From contig MNCI01000721.1 in the NCBI GenBank assembly GCA_015680685.1, forward strand, positions 478,258 through 542,257: a stretch of DNA of 64,000 nt. Direction: 5' to 3'. Shown here in pieces: positions 1 to 14,683 of the stretch (positions within the stretch are counted from its first letter, which is position 1; the number at the start of each line of letters is the position of its first letter). This DNA is from Gnetum montanum. Its lineage: Eukaryota; Plantae; Gnetophyta. The position numbers and the translations under genes were made by a program. Under the pieces are notes generated by a model. The model was given only the letters and a program-made list of their open reading frames with translations. It ran no database searches and was not told the DNA's origin.

Positions 1-271
1 CATTCACCACACTGCGGGCAGACACGGGAAAATTCTAACTCTGGAGGGATCAAACTGCCAGAGCTTCGCTACACTAAAACTGGGATCCCCAAACAAGGGA
101 GAGCTGCCTCTTATTTATAGACATGGCGGCAGACTACGATATCGCGTACGCGATATCGCATCGCGTACGCTATATCGCAGGGAAGGACGCGATATCGCAG
201 GGGATGCGCTATCGCATCAACTGTGATATCGCGTATGCGATATCGCGGCTGATGCAAACCGCATCTCATCA
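1..271 (-). mobile_element. 5' part of a young Athila-like Ty3/gypsy LTR (continues left of the window)
   Basis: Reverse complement of about 12864-13098: cattcaccacactgcggg here vs cccgcagtgtggtgaatg at 13081. Ends ...gcatctcatca (TGATGAG terminus on the minus strand) and has a GCGATATCGC array. Confidence 0.85.
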
Positions 272-3008
272 ACCAACATCTATGTCACTATGTCACCTAT
301 GTGCTCCATGGTAATCCTAACATCATCTACAATCTATCAACTCAATCCTAGCACTTGTGTAACTAGTACATGTAAGCACACTAATGTTCTAGCATGAATA
401 TCACCACTACAAACATCACTACATCATCTAGTATCATCATTAGAATAACATTTGGTAACTTTGTTTGACCTTTGAATTATCTCTAATAGCACCAACAATA
501 GTCTCATTTATTCATAAACTTGTAAGATATTAGATTCATCATTTATATTTTATTTTTTCTCATCAATTTATATCTATTTATTAAGTTTCAAACTCCAATT
601 TGTATCCCATACATTGAAGCTCTTGGCCCTCCATAGAAGGTGAACTTTATTATTTTATTTTATAAAGTACTTTTATTTACTAGGAAAAAAATTGAAACCT
701 TGTTCCATATATCAGTATCTCTTCTATTTTTCAACTTATACTTCTTACTTATATGTATAGTTATATCACTTATATTTTATCAAAAATTACTCAAATTTTA
801 TCAAATCTCTTATTAAGTTCATCACTATTCATTAATTTTCCTATGGATCCTAATCATGATGAATAGGCTAAGTTCATGTTCAATTGGAGAATTGTGTCCC
901 TTCATCTCATAATTATTGATTTACTAATCAAAATATCATTTTGAAGAATATTTATGGCCGTAGACCATTTACTTCAATAAACAATATGTTGACATGTTCA
1001 TATAGATCTGTATGAGAACATTTTTGATGAAACAATTACAGCATTCAATTACGAACTTGAAGATTTTATTTTGCATAGTGAAAGATCCTAATAACAATAG
1101 TAATTTGGATGTTAAAACATAAACTTTATTAACATCCAATCTCCTAAGTGCCCACAAATACTTTGTAAGATGGTTATATAAGGACATTTCAAGTAGAAGC
1201 CTGCTTTGCTAAGGACTTATATAACTCTTGGAGATTCATCCTTTGAACTACCTCCACATGCCCAAAAAAATATCAAAGCTATTAGTTTTGTTATTATGAA
1301 TCCTCATTTATTCATTTTTCTTCAAATTTAAGGCATAACATTAAAAGAATCCCTTTTCTTCATATTTTGAGCTTTAAGTATCTATTTAGTCATACCCTCA
1401 ACATTCACATATTCTTCATGGCTAAAGATGCTCCTTTTGGCTCTTAATCACTTTTAAGTCTATTTAAAATCCTTAAAAATAGAAACAAATTTCAAAGAAA
1501 ATATACAACAATAGCCTTATCAATGTTACTACATTAATGCAGGGAGATTTATTAATGAAGACTTGTTAATACATTAGTATTGACACAAGCTGCAATAACT
1601 ATATATATGTATCAACGCCTAGCCAAATTTTACACATTTTACTCAATTTACCATGGGAGTTCTTATTATTCCCAAAAGTCTAAACCTTTAACTTGTAATA
1701 TCTTATGAACTATACCTTCAAATTCACCTATTTAAAAACTTGTGAGCTTCCAAAGCTAAGCTCTACATCATGGGGATAGTACATCTATGATTTGAGGCCT
1801 CTTAAAATTCCAAATTTCAAATATTTAAGGTAGTTAATATTAACAAATAATTCAAATAATGTAAATTTAAGATAAAATAGCTAACATAGCATCTCTTGGA
1901 TGTTACACCATAATTACTTAAAGATATTAGTATCATTCTTTTAGAAAATCAAGCAATTTCAAGGATGATCAAAGTTTAAAGAACTTATAGATAGTAAACA
2001 TAGTCTAATAATTGATCATTCATGTGATTGCATATGGCACCTAAAAAATCCTTGAAGGTAGATAGTCCATCCCAAAAAATCAAGAAGCAATCTAGAGATG
2101 AATGTAAATGAGGATGTGGACAACTAGAATCCAAACTAGAAGTCACCCATGTAACGAAGCCCATAAAAGAAGAGCCTAAAGTGGACTCTATTTAGTAGAT
2201 TCTCACTATGGAGATATGGTAATCAAGGCAAGATGAAGTGACTATATCTAGGCCTAGTCATGAAGTCATGCTAATGGATGCTTTCTTGGAGAAAATCAGA
2301 ATAAAGAAGACCCAAAGTTCTATTCTTTAGGAATCAAGCTTTGGAGCTTTCATGAAGTTTGCTCTCTAGGAAGTTTGAGATTAGTTATACACATCTCCAC
2401 TATGGTTCATAATATTAAAAAATGAGAAGTGATACCTATGGGAAAAGTATCTCTTTTGGAATAACTACCAAAGAAATGCTACAACAAAGATCAAGGCCAT
2501 AATTATCTCCTACTTGGTGAAGGTCATTATTGATGCCTTGGAACTTTTGAACATTGGTACATAAGCCATAGAAGTATCTACTCAATAATACTAGAAAGAA
2601 GAAAGAACTAGATGCAAAAGTGCTATAGGATGGGTAAGAAGAAGAATAGTGAACTTACCCAAGCTAAAAGTATCCATTTCAAGATCATGTCATGCCATCT
2701 TAATCCAATGGTGCAATTTCGAAAAAGCACATCCTTCTTAGCTATAGTATGTGCAACACTTAACAGTCGATTCCTTGTCAATCTTTTCTTTTCTTTAAGT
2801 TGTCCAAGTTCAAATATTATGATCACTACATATGTTCTTCATTGTATATAAGACCTTTCACCCATTTTCAACTTGCTATGATATATGATACTTCCACCTA
2901 GAATTCTAAAATAATTTTACTTCCAAATATCTATATATATCTACAATCTCAAGTATTTTATTATTTACCTAACAATTGTAATCTCCCTTATGGGGTGTTA
3001 ATAGTGAA

Positions 3009-3075
3009 GCATTAGCCTAGTAGTAAGACACTTGATTTGAAAGTTCCAAGCTATGGCTTCAATTCTAGTTGGCAA
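3009..3075 (+). other. Degenerate tRNA-like / SINE-head-like sequence
   Basis: tagcctagtagtaagacac resembles an A box (TAGCNNAGTGGT) and ggcttcaattct a B box (GGTTCGANNCC), at tRNA-like spacing. No intact cloverleaf. Confidence 0.3.
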
Positions 3076-4054
3076 TGATAAGTTATAAAGTTCCAAAATT
3101 ACTATATGTCTTGGGATGTACATACATTTCAATTATTTTGGGTTTTAATTTTCTTCCTCCAATTGTTCCCCTCCCCTCTTCCACCCCCTCACCACACCAT
3201 CCCACACCTCCAAAACACACACACACACACCCCCGCCTCCCCCCTCCCTTTAAATCTTATGGGTTATTACAAAAGCTAAGCCCTTTACTATTAATCAATG
3301 ATGAATTATATGCCTCTCTCAAAATATCAAGTTATATAGTCTTTGCAAATAGTCCAATTTTTTTCTTTTTTATATTAAGAAGTACTTGATTTGTATTTTA
3401 TTTGTGGTGATCGTATATAAATGCTTATCATTTTTTAGCAAATAAGTATTTACAATTACAAAATTGCAAATCATTATATTGATATTCATGCACGTTATAA
3501 TTCCTTCCATATCTAATTCTCATTGATCCAACATGACTACTTAAATCATTATGCTTTCTTGCTAGGGAATTCCTTGAAGTACTAGATCCACTAAACTATC
3601 AAAACCTTTAGTAATAGAATTATTCAGAATATTTTGTAAAATATATAGAGTAATGAGGTCAACGTCATTTCCAAATGCAATCTATATACCTATAATTTAA
3701 TCATACTCTACTATATGCATACTACTTTATTAATGTCAAATTGATTAACAATGATGGCCATCTATCTTAAGTCTTTTCTAAATAAAAATGGAAAAGATTA
3801 TAACTTTGGTAGAATTTTCCTTTTTCATTTTACTAATTTAAAGATAAATAGTATTGATTTTCTACCTTTTCATTGCATACTCTTAATTCTTTTTCCATTG
3901 ACCTTAAATATTAGATAAATTGTGCACTACACATGAATATGCATGGACATACGTTTATGATAACTTCACCCTTTAAAGATACATGTTTGTAGGAAAATGC
4001 ATGCCATTAAAAAATTCTTACAAACACTATAATAGCAAGTTTGATTGCCTAAAC

Positions 4055-5985
4055 TACTAAGGTATGTTTCATATTCTAAGCAATGTAACTATTAATCATT
4101 ACAATGTAATGGTTACAAATACTTACTGGAAATTGTAATCATTATTACCAGCTAACCTATCAAACATATCCCATATATGTAACTCCCTAACTTGTATCAT
4201 TTAATATTGCCAACATTCTTGTTTAGCATGTAAATCAATATATAAGTGATGGGTGAAAAAATGAAGAAATGCAATAGCAATAGAATAGCAAAGGCAAAGA
4301 AAATAGTAACCAAGTATATACTAATGATCATTGTATGTAGTAACCAAGAATATAGGTTGATGATGATCCTTGTATTTATCTAAAGAAAGATTCACAAACT
4401 TTTTTGATACTACTATTATATATTGATCACATGTTGATAGCAGGGAATAGTATGCAAGAAATCACTAAGCTAAAATGCTAGTGATCATCTCCAGTTGAGA
4501 TGAAGGACCTTGGTGCTAAAAGGAAAATTTTAAGCATGGAAATTAAAAGAGATAGAAAAGGTTAAAAATTATGGCTTGATCAATCTACATATGTTAATAA
4601 AGTTTTCAAAAAATTTAATATGTAGGATTATAAGTTGGTAAACACTCGATTATCTGTTATCGTAAAATTATCAATGGAGAAATGCCCTAGAACAAATGAA
4701 GAGATAGAGAAAATGACCAAAGTCTCCTATACTAATGTTATATACAGTCTCATGTATGCAATGGTTTGTACTAGACTTGATATTGCATATGCAGTGGAAG
4801 CTATGAGCAGGTTTATGTCTAACCCTAGTAAGGAACATTGGATCATCATTAAAAGAATTCGTAGATATCTTCAAGGTATTGTTGATTTTGCCATCTATTA
4901 TATGAAAAGTTCCTTTTGATTTGCATAACTTTATGAATGAAGATTTAGGAGGTAATCTAGATCACCAAAAATCCACAAGTGAATATGTTTTTAAACTAAA
5001 CATAGTTGTGGTCAACTAGATCAACAAGAGATAAAGTTTTACTGCATTGTCAACAATAAAGGCAGAGTATGTAACAACTTCCCAAGCAAACAAAGAAGCA
5101 ATTTGGCTACAATGGTAGGTAAAATACTTTGGGCAAGAGCAAAAGAAAGTAAGCATCTCTTGTTATAACCAAAGTACAATCTTCCTATCAAAGAATCCCA
5201 TTATCCATGCAAGGACAAGACATATTGAGATAAATTACTGTTTCATTCAAGATGAATTGAACAATGAAAGATTTCTCTAAAAAAGGTTCCTACATCGAAT
5301 ATGTTGACCAAGGTAATTCTTGTGGAAAGGTTCAATTGGTGTAGAAAATAACTTCAATTAATAAAGTATGAAATGTAATGATTGCTCCTAGTTGTAATGC
5401 CTTAAAATAAATAAGTGGGAGAATTGTTGACATGTGTTACTTATTTTAAGCAACATAACTACCAATCTTTGCAATGTAATGGTTGCTAACAATTGTTACA
5501 AATTGTAATCATTATTCGTAGCTAACTTATCAAACACAACCCTTATATGTAACACCCTAACTTGTATTATTTAATTATTACCACCATCATTTAGCATGTA
5601 AATCACTATATAAATGATCAGTGAGAGGAAAGAAAAAGATAATGGTCATAGAATAGCAAAGGTTAGGTAAATAGTGACCAAGTGAGAGAGTGAGCAAGAC
5701 ATTAATAGTTCAAGATACTTTGCCATTGAATGTGTTTTCTTCTCTTGTAATACTTTGATGGAACTAAGACTTTCTAGGAGCTAAAGCTAGTGCTAAGATT
5801 TTTGTGTGCTTTCCCTAGGATAATTTCCTGTGTTCTTGTTGCATTTCTTATAATTTCATAAATAAGTTTTTATTTCTAATATTTACTATTTCTTTATTAT
5901 CCTACTTAATCAAGATATAAATTAATATAAACTTGTATCATTTATATACTTTTAATGTATAAATTTTAAAAGTTGAGGGATTACA
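4055..5985 (+). mobile_element. Internally deleted Ty1/copia element: partial 5' LTR 4055-4316, 3' LTR from 5425 (right end approximate)
   Basis: 4055-4316 aligns to 5425-~5683. PPT aagtgggagaat precedes TGTTGA at 5425. RT/RNase H lie between the LTRs. Confidence 0.8.
4360..5378 (+). pseudogene. Copia RT-RNase H, degenerate
   Basis: DPCIYLKK, LLLYIDHMLI (YVDDMLI), SLMYAMVCTRLDIAYAV, GGNLDHQKSTSEYVF, ALST..AEY, CYNQSTI, HARTRHIE; stops and frameshifts. Confidence 0.92.
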
Positions 5986-6140
5986 ACTCTTAAGTTCAAA
6001 AAAATCTAGAGTCGGATAAAAAAAAGCACTCAACACTTAAGTTTACATAAATCAAAATTTAAAAGTTGCATCCAATTGTGTACACTAGAATTCATTCACA
6101 AAAACCAAGTAATTTTTTTAATTGAAAAGAAAATTCCAAG

Positions 6141-7062
6141 TGATAAACTACTTGTGTCAAAGGACTGTGATACGCTGTGATATCTTATCTATGATATCAT
6201 AGCCCCACTTACATCATCATAGATGTGATGTAGTGGGTCCTAGTCTCCACTATAAATACCAACCCACTATTTTGTCAAATGAACAACTTTGATCCAAAAA
6301 TTAGGAAAATTCTTGCAATTTGTTTCTATGAATTTACACTTAGCAATATAGTGAATGCCTGTAGTGTGGTGTTAAAGAGTTATACAAAATCTTTGGTTGA
6401 GTAAATTGTTCTTGGGCACAATTCATGGCCAAAAATAAAGATCAAGATTATTTTTCACCATTGCAGTATTCTACTTAGTTTACTTTACTTTTACTTTTAC
6501 CTAGTTCACATTTTACTTAGTATAATTTTTACACTTTATCATGTTTACTTTACCTAAGTTGTTTATAGTTTATATGTACTTTATTTTTCCAACATTCCTT
6601 AGTAATGCAATATAAGAATGACTAGTTTCGAGCATGTAGTATAATCGTTAGGTAACTAGTGGTGAGTTCACTTGATTTTCTTAGTGGTGGATTCACTTGG
6701 TAATTGTAGTGACAATTGCATAAGCCCAAGATGTGTATGATAAAATATTAATGGATAATTATTAATCATATGCTAGAATAGTCTTTTTACTCTCAAGACA
6801 CCCAGACTTAATTGTATTATCCCATTTCAACTATGTTTATAATTAGTCTTTGTTTGAGCCAACAACATCAACATATCATATGCCTTATCAAGAGTTAAAC
6901 TATACAACTTGAAGTTCACTAAGTCAACATGAGAAGATAATGATCATGAATTGAACATCAACTGCTCACATACTATACTATCCATCCATGGATTATGATT
7001 TGGTGACACATGAACACTTGTGACTTGCATGGTGGAGTGTTGGAATATACAACCACTTATCA
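6141..7062 (+). repeat. Element A 5' LTR
   Basis: Direct repeat of 19353-20230+50841-50880; TG...CA ends; ctataaata near 6250. Confidence 0.92.
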
Positions 7063-7063
7063 T

Positions 7064-7082
7064 TGGTGTCGTTGCCAAGGAT
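7064..7082 (+). promoter_or_regulatory. Primer binding site, Athila type (tggcgccgttgccgggga-like)
   Basis: tggtgtcgttgccaaggat immediately after the LTR-terminal CA. Confidence 0.8.
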
Positions 7083-7949
7083 GTATCAATGTTTGCTTAG
7101 TAGTTGATTTTACAAAGTCTGTTGTATCTAGTATCATAAAATACATTCTTTCCTACTTAATAATTTCTCACAAGTACATACACTTAAGCATCAAACAATT
7201 CACATAGTTTCTGTAATTAAAGAAAAATCTCCACCTGACATGGAATTTCATGAGAGTCATGACAAGGACTATAATGAAGAAGAATGGAGTGTATCAATGT
7301 AAACTAGAATTTCCTACGATGATATTGATCCCTATTACCTTAATTTCATGATCATTTTTCACCAATATGAACAGCTCTAATGGAGAGATTTATAAGGTAG
7401 CATTATCTTGCCACCAAAACACTTAGCACCGTCCATGCTTCAAGTAGCCCTTATAAGATCCACTCTTGGTCATGTTAAAGAAGGTCTTATTCTCAAACCT
7501 CACTTATCTGCACTGAAGATCTTATCAAGATAAAACTTCATTAAGCTCTTATTGAAACCCCTAGAGGAGATAAGGAATACTCCAAACATAGTACAGATTC
7601 AAGGCCTAAGACCTTCATTAAATCTAAATGAGATGAATCAAGGAGCTATAGGAGGAGAACTAGCTAATATCATTCTCCAACTCTTTTATCCTATTCCTCA
7701 CACTCATCCACTAATTCTGGCAAGAGGGAGTGAATACTAAGGGATCATAATGGGGAAAGACAAAGAGAGCATGACGGCTATGCATATAGAAGAAAGCATC
7801 CTGATGAAGAGGAAGATCACCATGAAGAAAGAAGAGAAAGGATCAAGCAAGAGGAAACAAAGCATTATGAGAATTAGAGGGATCACTACTACAATAGATC
7901 TCACAAACCAAAAGACTATGAAGAACCCCTACCGGCCACTCAAAACATG

Positions 7950-10900
7950 ATCAATATTAGAAAAGTAGTGTACATTCCTACCAGACATGTAAGGGGCAAT
8001 CACATCAAGTGACTAAACATAAATAACATTCCCAAATTTGAAGGTGAATACAATGTAGATCAACAGCATCATCTCCAAGCCTTCCATGATGCCTGTGCCC
8101 TATAAAATATTGAAAATGATTGGTAGAAACTAAACTTGTTTCCTAGAATACTCATAAAGGAAGCAGGAAGCTAGTACAAATACTTAAAACTAGAATAGAT
8201 TTAAAGATGGAGTACCATGCTAGAGCTCTTCAATGACAAATATTAAATCTATTCCAAAATATCTAATTTGAGAAAACAAATTCAAGGATGAAAACAAGTG
8301 ATACATGAATCCCTAATGTGACAATGGGTAGATACTTTTCCTTATTACATACGTGTTTAGACCACAATTTTTTTCAAAGGGAGCAACTACAACACATTGT
8401 TAATGGGCTACAAAACAAAAAAAGAGAAACCATTTATGTCTATGTGAAAGGCAACTTATCTAAGATAATAGCTCATCATATTCAAACTTATTAACAAAGT
8501 GGCAAAAAAACAAGGAAGAAAAAGAAAATTGGCCGAAGAATACAATAGAGATCTTGCCATCAGGGAAAGGGATGTGAGAATATGTGAATCAAAAGAAAAA
8601 GAAACTTTAGAAGATACAATCCAATGGAAGACTCTAGCCATTTAAATATTAATTAATGGCATTACAACCAAGGTAGAGAAAATGTGGGATTCTATGAATG
8701 AGAAATTTTCTATAGCCTTAAAGATAGTTAAGGAAAAAACTAAACAAGCCTTTAACCAAAACAATGAAAAGAAGAAAAAAAAGAGACAATAGACAATAAA
8801 TAAAGGAAAAGTTATTGTAGTAGAGGAATTGACAAACTCTAGTTTTGAGGATGATGAAGGATACAAGGTATGCCACTATGAACATCCTAAGGGGTGTTGC
8901 TTTGTTATGGCCCACTTACAAGAATTTGGGGAACATGTACTTAACCTGATATTTATCAAAAAATAGATGCCCAAAAGATTGCCTTATCTACATGGAAACT
9001 TTCGATAGTCCTACCAAAAATGTATTATCAAAGTGGGGCATATCCTCAATCGTAGAAATAGTACCAACAACAGTGGCAACAACCACGAGTGCAGAGGATG
9101 CCACCACCAAGGCAACAATATCCATATAGGCAACCTAATCCCTATGGAAACTATGTTCAACATCTAATCTCTTGAGAGAATACTTCAGTCCATGCTTTCT
9201 CTCACTACTATCGATTGGAATATCATTGACCCACTACTTCATGAATGGATCCAAATTATTACATGCCTTAATCAGGATTTGGTTATTTACTTCCCACTCC
9301 TAACTTCTTACCACCAGTGTCATCACCAGTCATGCAAGGAAAGCTACCAATGTAACCCAGTAAAAGAGTGCTACTAGGATAGTAACCACATAAGAGGATG
9401 TAATATTAAATGAACTAAAAGCCAAGAAATGCTATTTTTTCAAGACAAGTCCATAAAAGGTTCAAAGGATGGGGACTTTACCTAACTCCACTCCATTCAC
9501 ACACTCTCCTCCAAGAAACACTATGCTTCTAATACCTACAAAAAAGAACATCATATTTTTCATGCTCACATAAAAAATAACACATTAAATTAAGACAAGA
9601 GCACTTCCCAAGAAGAAAACAAATCTAAAAAGTCACTTAGTTTACCTACAAATAATAGGACAGAAACCATGAAACGATCTCTTAGATTCTAGGTCAAGAT
9701 TAAATCTCATTTCACAAGACATGTACAAGGCCTAGAATCTTTCCTTGTTAAAAAAGAATACCATTCTCCTAGATCTTGTAGAGCAGTCAATTATCATTCC
9801 ACTTGAACAAGTCACAGATGTCATCACTACCATAAGTAGCTAGTCTTGTCCTACTCACTTCTTAATCATACATGTGGGAAAAAACAAAGGGGAATTTCTC
9901 ATAATCATAGAAAGAGCATGGCTTAGCACTGTGGATGCTAAGCTTGGGATTAGAGACTTATCCATGGAAATCTCCAAGGAAGACAAAGCTGATATTATAC
10001 AGAAACACAAAGTTTCATATATCTCATATAGTGATAATGGATGCAATTGTGTGTAGAATGTTTGGGCCATAAAAGATGATGCCATAATAGAATGTAATTG
10101 ATGTATAGAAGACATGTATGTATAAAAATGTCTATATGTAGCAACCACTGAACAAGAAGGCACCCAGTGGCTAATTACTAAAGAAGAAATAGAATCCAAT
10201 ATATACATGGAATCGAAAAACAAAATCGCAAGTGCCTATGTTGAAGAAATTAATCAATTATAACAATTAAAAATACAACCTCCTTTTATGAAAACATACT
10301 AGGAGGAAGATATTAAATGAGGGCAATTAAAGATACAAGAAAGTAGGAACCAAAACCCTTAGAGCTAAAAGCCCTACAGGATATGCTTGAATATTATTTT
10401 CTAAACAATAAAAGTAATTATAAATATCAAACCTGATAAAAAATAGAAGAGAAAATTACTGGAAGTCATGAATAAATTGCCAACTACATTTGCATGGTCC
10501 TATGATGAAATCACTAGAATTGATCCACACATCTATCAATACCAAATCTATACTGATCCAGCTATCAAACCATGCTACCAACCTCAAAGAAGCTTGAACC
10601 AAAATCTTAAGAAAGTCATCAAGAAAGAACTAGAAAAACTATTAAAGGCTAGGTTCATCTATCTTATAGTAAATAGTGAATAGGTTAGTCCATTAGTCAT
10701 TGTCCTCAAGAAAGGTGGCAAGTGAAGGTTCTATATTCATTGTTGATTGTTGAACATCGTGACATTTAAGGACCATTTTCCTCTAACATTTGTTGACAAA
10801 GTTTTAGACACCATCGTAAGACACCAATATTACAACTTTCTAGATGGATACAGCAAGTACAATCATACTAAATTACATTAGAAGACCAAGAAAATACCAC

Positions 10901-13900
10901 ATTCACCACTCCATGGGGGATATTTCTATACAATCAAATGCCCTTTGGCTTGCATAATACACTCACTGCCTTTTAGAGACTTGTACATAGCATCTTCCAA
11001 AAGAAAATTGGCAATGGAGTTGAGGTCTTTGGATGATTTCTCCATATATGAGCTAGATTTTAAACAAGCATTGAACCATTTCAAAAAAGTATTGAAAAGA
11101 TGTTTATAAACCAATTTGAAGGTCAACTACTAGAAAAGCCACTTAATGATCTAAGATGATATAGTTCTGGGACACAAAGTCTCTTACCAGGAAATAGAGG
11201 TTAATCCAAAATAGATTAGAGTCATCTAAAATATCACTCAGAGGTCATAAACTGCCAAAGATATCAAATCATTTCTTGACAATACAAGATACTATACAAG
11301 ATTTATTAAAAAAGTTTCAAAGATTGCAAAACCACTAGTGAAATTAACTAAGAAAGATACACCAATTCTATGGAAAAAGTAATGTGAGAAACAATTTAAA
11401 ACATTGAAATACAAATTAATCAAAATACCAATCCTTAGAGCTCTAGATTGATCCAAGCTTTTCCACATTATGACAAATGCTTCAAACTACACACCAGGAG
11501 TAATATTGACTCAACTAGATGAGCAAAAAATACCTTATTATATATACTACACTTGTTGAAGCATCATTGGGACACAACTAAATTACACCCAAATAGAAAA
11601 TAACCTAATAGTTGTGGTGTATGCACTAAAAAAATTTAGACACTATGTGCTCGAGTATCCCATTTATGTCCACACAGATCATAGTGCCATCAGATTTCTA
11701 ATAAACAAACTAGAGGTTAGTACTAGAGTGATAAGGTGGCTAGTTATCATACAAGAGTCCAACATTACCATGATTGATAAGAAGGGAACCAAAAATATGA
11801 TAGCAAATCATTAATCAAGACTTAGATGAAAGCCCCAAGAGAATAATGAACCACTATGAGATCAATTTCCTTATGAAAACTTATTTACCAAAACTACAAT
11901 GGTTGTAGCCTTTGGATAGAATTCATGGCTTACTAATTACATAACGTATCTTACCAAACAAGAACTTCCTATAGAATAAAACAAGAAACATAAAGAATAA
12001 TTTCTCTACAAAGTCAAAAGATATATGGAAATTAATGGAAACCTTTACAAGATATGCACTAATGAATTGATAAGATGGTACATTCAAGAAGAAAGTCAAA
12101 AAAGAGTACTACAAGATGCACATGAAGGACCATGTGGTGATTACTACGTAGGATGAAGCCTAGCACTGAAACTGATTATGGGATATTAGATGCTAGAAAG
12201 ATGGAGGGTTGATAGCCAAAAATGAAGGATCACAATAATGGATACAACCATTGGGACCCTTCGATATTTGGGGAATTGACTTCATGGTCCCCATCGTACC
12301 AATGATAAATATGAAGTCCTACATTATAGTAATTGTTGATTACTACACAAAGTGGGTAGAAGCAACTGCAATCAAAGATTACATAGCCAAAACAATTGCT
12401 AAATTCTTTCAAAAACATGTGGTAAATAGATTTGAAGTACCATGAATTTTCATTTCATATAGTAGGACTTATTTCATAGGAGCTACATTCAAAAATCTAA
12501 TGCAACAACTTGAGGTGAATCACAAACTGACTACATCTTCTCACCCCCAAGCAAATGGTCAAGCATAAGTGACTAGCTGGAAAATCACAAGAATGTTAAC
12601 TAGAATAGTTGGTTGTTATAGGAAGTATTGGAGCATTAAACACAATGATTCTCTATTGGAATATAGATCTACTTCCAAACTTCTTATAGGGTATTCCCCG
12701 TATGAGTTAGTTTATGGTAAACTACCTACTCTACCAATCCAAATAAAACTCAATACCCTTTCCACTGCTAGTACACTTGACCTTGATTTAAGCTTAGCCT
12801 AAAGAGAATGCCTATGAATATGAATCTCTTAGAAGAAAATTGGTTGGTAACTCAAATGAGTAATGATGAGATGCGATATCGCATGGGCCGTGATATCGCG
12901 TATGCGATATCGCGTTCGCCGCGATATCGCCTCCCCCACGATATCGCATACGCGATATCGCAGTCCACCGCAATGTATATAAATAAGAAGTGGCTCTCCC
13001 TTATTCATCATGAGGAATTTAGATTGTAGCTAGACTCTGGTAGTTTGATCCCTCCAGAGTTAGATTATTTTCCATGTATGCCCGCAGTGTGGTGAATGTA
13101 ATTGTACGGCATTTTTTATTCGAGTGTAACGTACTTGGACGTGCACATGACCAGCAATAAATATCGAGATTACTTCATCATTGTAGCATTCACTTTGTTT
13201 ATTTATTTTTTTATTTAAATGTTATTTAATTATTATTTATTGCTTTCTCTCTCATCCTTAAACTCCTAGTGACGCAGAATGAGTACGACTTGATTACGAG
13301 CATTTAAGTGTGACTACTTAGTATCCCAGTGGCATACCTAGGATCTGCGGTTGGTAATCCCAGTGGTAGTCATGCACGAAGTCCAAGATGTGTATGGATA
13401 ATCAAGGAATCGGCTGCTCATCACACTTAGGCTAGATTAGACTCTCTTACCCTTTTCCTCCTAGCTTAGCATAGTTAATATTATTTTCCACTGCCTTCAG
13501 GAGTAGCTTAGATTAGGAACACATCATACACCTCACTCTGGACTAAACCATACATGACAAATATAAATACTAGTCCAGGTGGAAAGATAGCAAACTATGA
13601 CCTAAGGTTAACGATCTAGGTGCCACAACTAGTCCGTCTGCAGAGTTTGACCGGATCGCGCGTGAAAATGCTCGTATTTGTATGGTTGAGTGTAGGGGTA
13701 CCTCGCCACTCATCAAGTAACGAAATGCACAAAAAACACTCTAAATGTAGACATGACATCAAAATAAGACAAGTATCTATCTAGCTAGGTAATAGACTTC
13801 TCTACTATAATCCTAGTCATGTTTCACAAAAGGCTAAGTTCCAAACCTTATGAGAGGGGTCCTATATTGTCCATGCTATATACAAATCTGGTGTCATGTA

Positions 13901-13970
13901 GATCTATCACCCAACCAATCCACAAAAACTGATTTTTGTCAACATTCAACAAGTAAAACCATATCGTGAC
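7950..13970 (+). pseudogene. Element A gag-pol, degenerate (gag ~7950-8700, PR ~9660-9960, RT ~10470-11270, RH ~11440-11820, INT ~12110-12863 + 13721-13970)
   Basis: NIPKFEGEY..HLQAFHDAC; LLDSRSRLNLI; FAWSY; VSPLVIVLKKGGK; KDHFPL; LDGYS; YALKKFRHY, TDHSAI; GPFDIWGIDFM, VDYYTKWVEA, HPQANGQA; YSPYELVYGK. Confidence 0.92.
12864..13715 (+). mobile_element. Young solo LTR (852 bp), Athila-like relative of A, inserted in A's integrase
   Basis: TGATGAG...CTCATCA termini; perfect TSD AGTAA (12859-12863 / 13716-13720); CpG-rich; internal blocks homologous to A's LTR. Confidence 0.93.
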
Positions 13971-14683
13971 TTTTCTTACTCTTCAATGGACTCTACCCTA
14001 TTTATAAAGCAATTTACCATCCATTCAATGTTCTACTTGTTCATTTTTCATAATAGTCATAGGGGTGTCAAAGTTTGACACCTAGGCACTAATTCTAATT
14101 TTAATATTCTTTCAATTTTTACTTCTTTTTACCAATCTTCATATTCTTTAATACCTTTTTCATTCTTTTATACTTTTTTTCTTTCTTAATCTTTTTTCAT
14201 TCTTTAATACTTCTTAAATCCTTCATACATTTTACATTCTTATCATTTTTCATTTTTTTTCCCTTTTTCAATGATTTTTTACTATATTCCATGTACATAT
14301 TTTTGTTGATTTTTCAATAAAGTATAAATGAAGAAGATAAGATTTAATCACAATAATAAGAAGATTGTTTTATGTTATCATATCATTATAGGACTAATTC
14401 TATATACAACGAGACTACATAATCCATCCACTCATTTTTAATAATAAAAGGTTCTTACCATGGTCACAATGACATTATTTCCACAATAAAACTATAATAA
14501 CCTTATGATATAGAAGAGTGAAGAACCAAGTGGGAATATAAAAGATGTGACATCAAGGATATTTGTGGATTCTCTTGAACTACTACTATAAGTATTATCC
14601 TCCTAATAAGTTGTGTTATTTACTTAATTTCTAACAAAAAATGGAAGTATGCCTAAAATAAGTGTTTCCTTACTCATGTCATT

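Noticed and set aside
123-314. Repetitive DIAYAIS ORFs (also 12808-13029)
   Set aside because: They are translations of the palindromic GCGATATCGC LTR array, not proteins.
272-2850. Purine-rich, coding-like decayed sequence
   Set aside because: No recognisable motif in the frames I could read; probably an old TE relic, but I cannot assign it.
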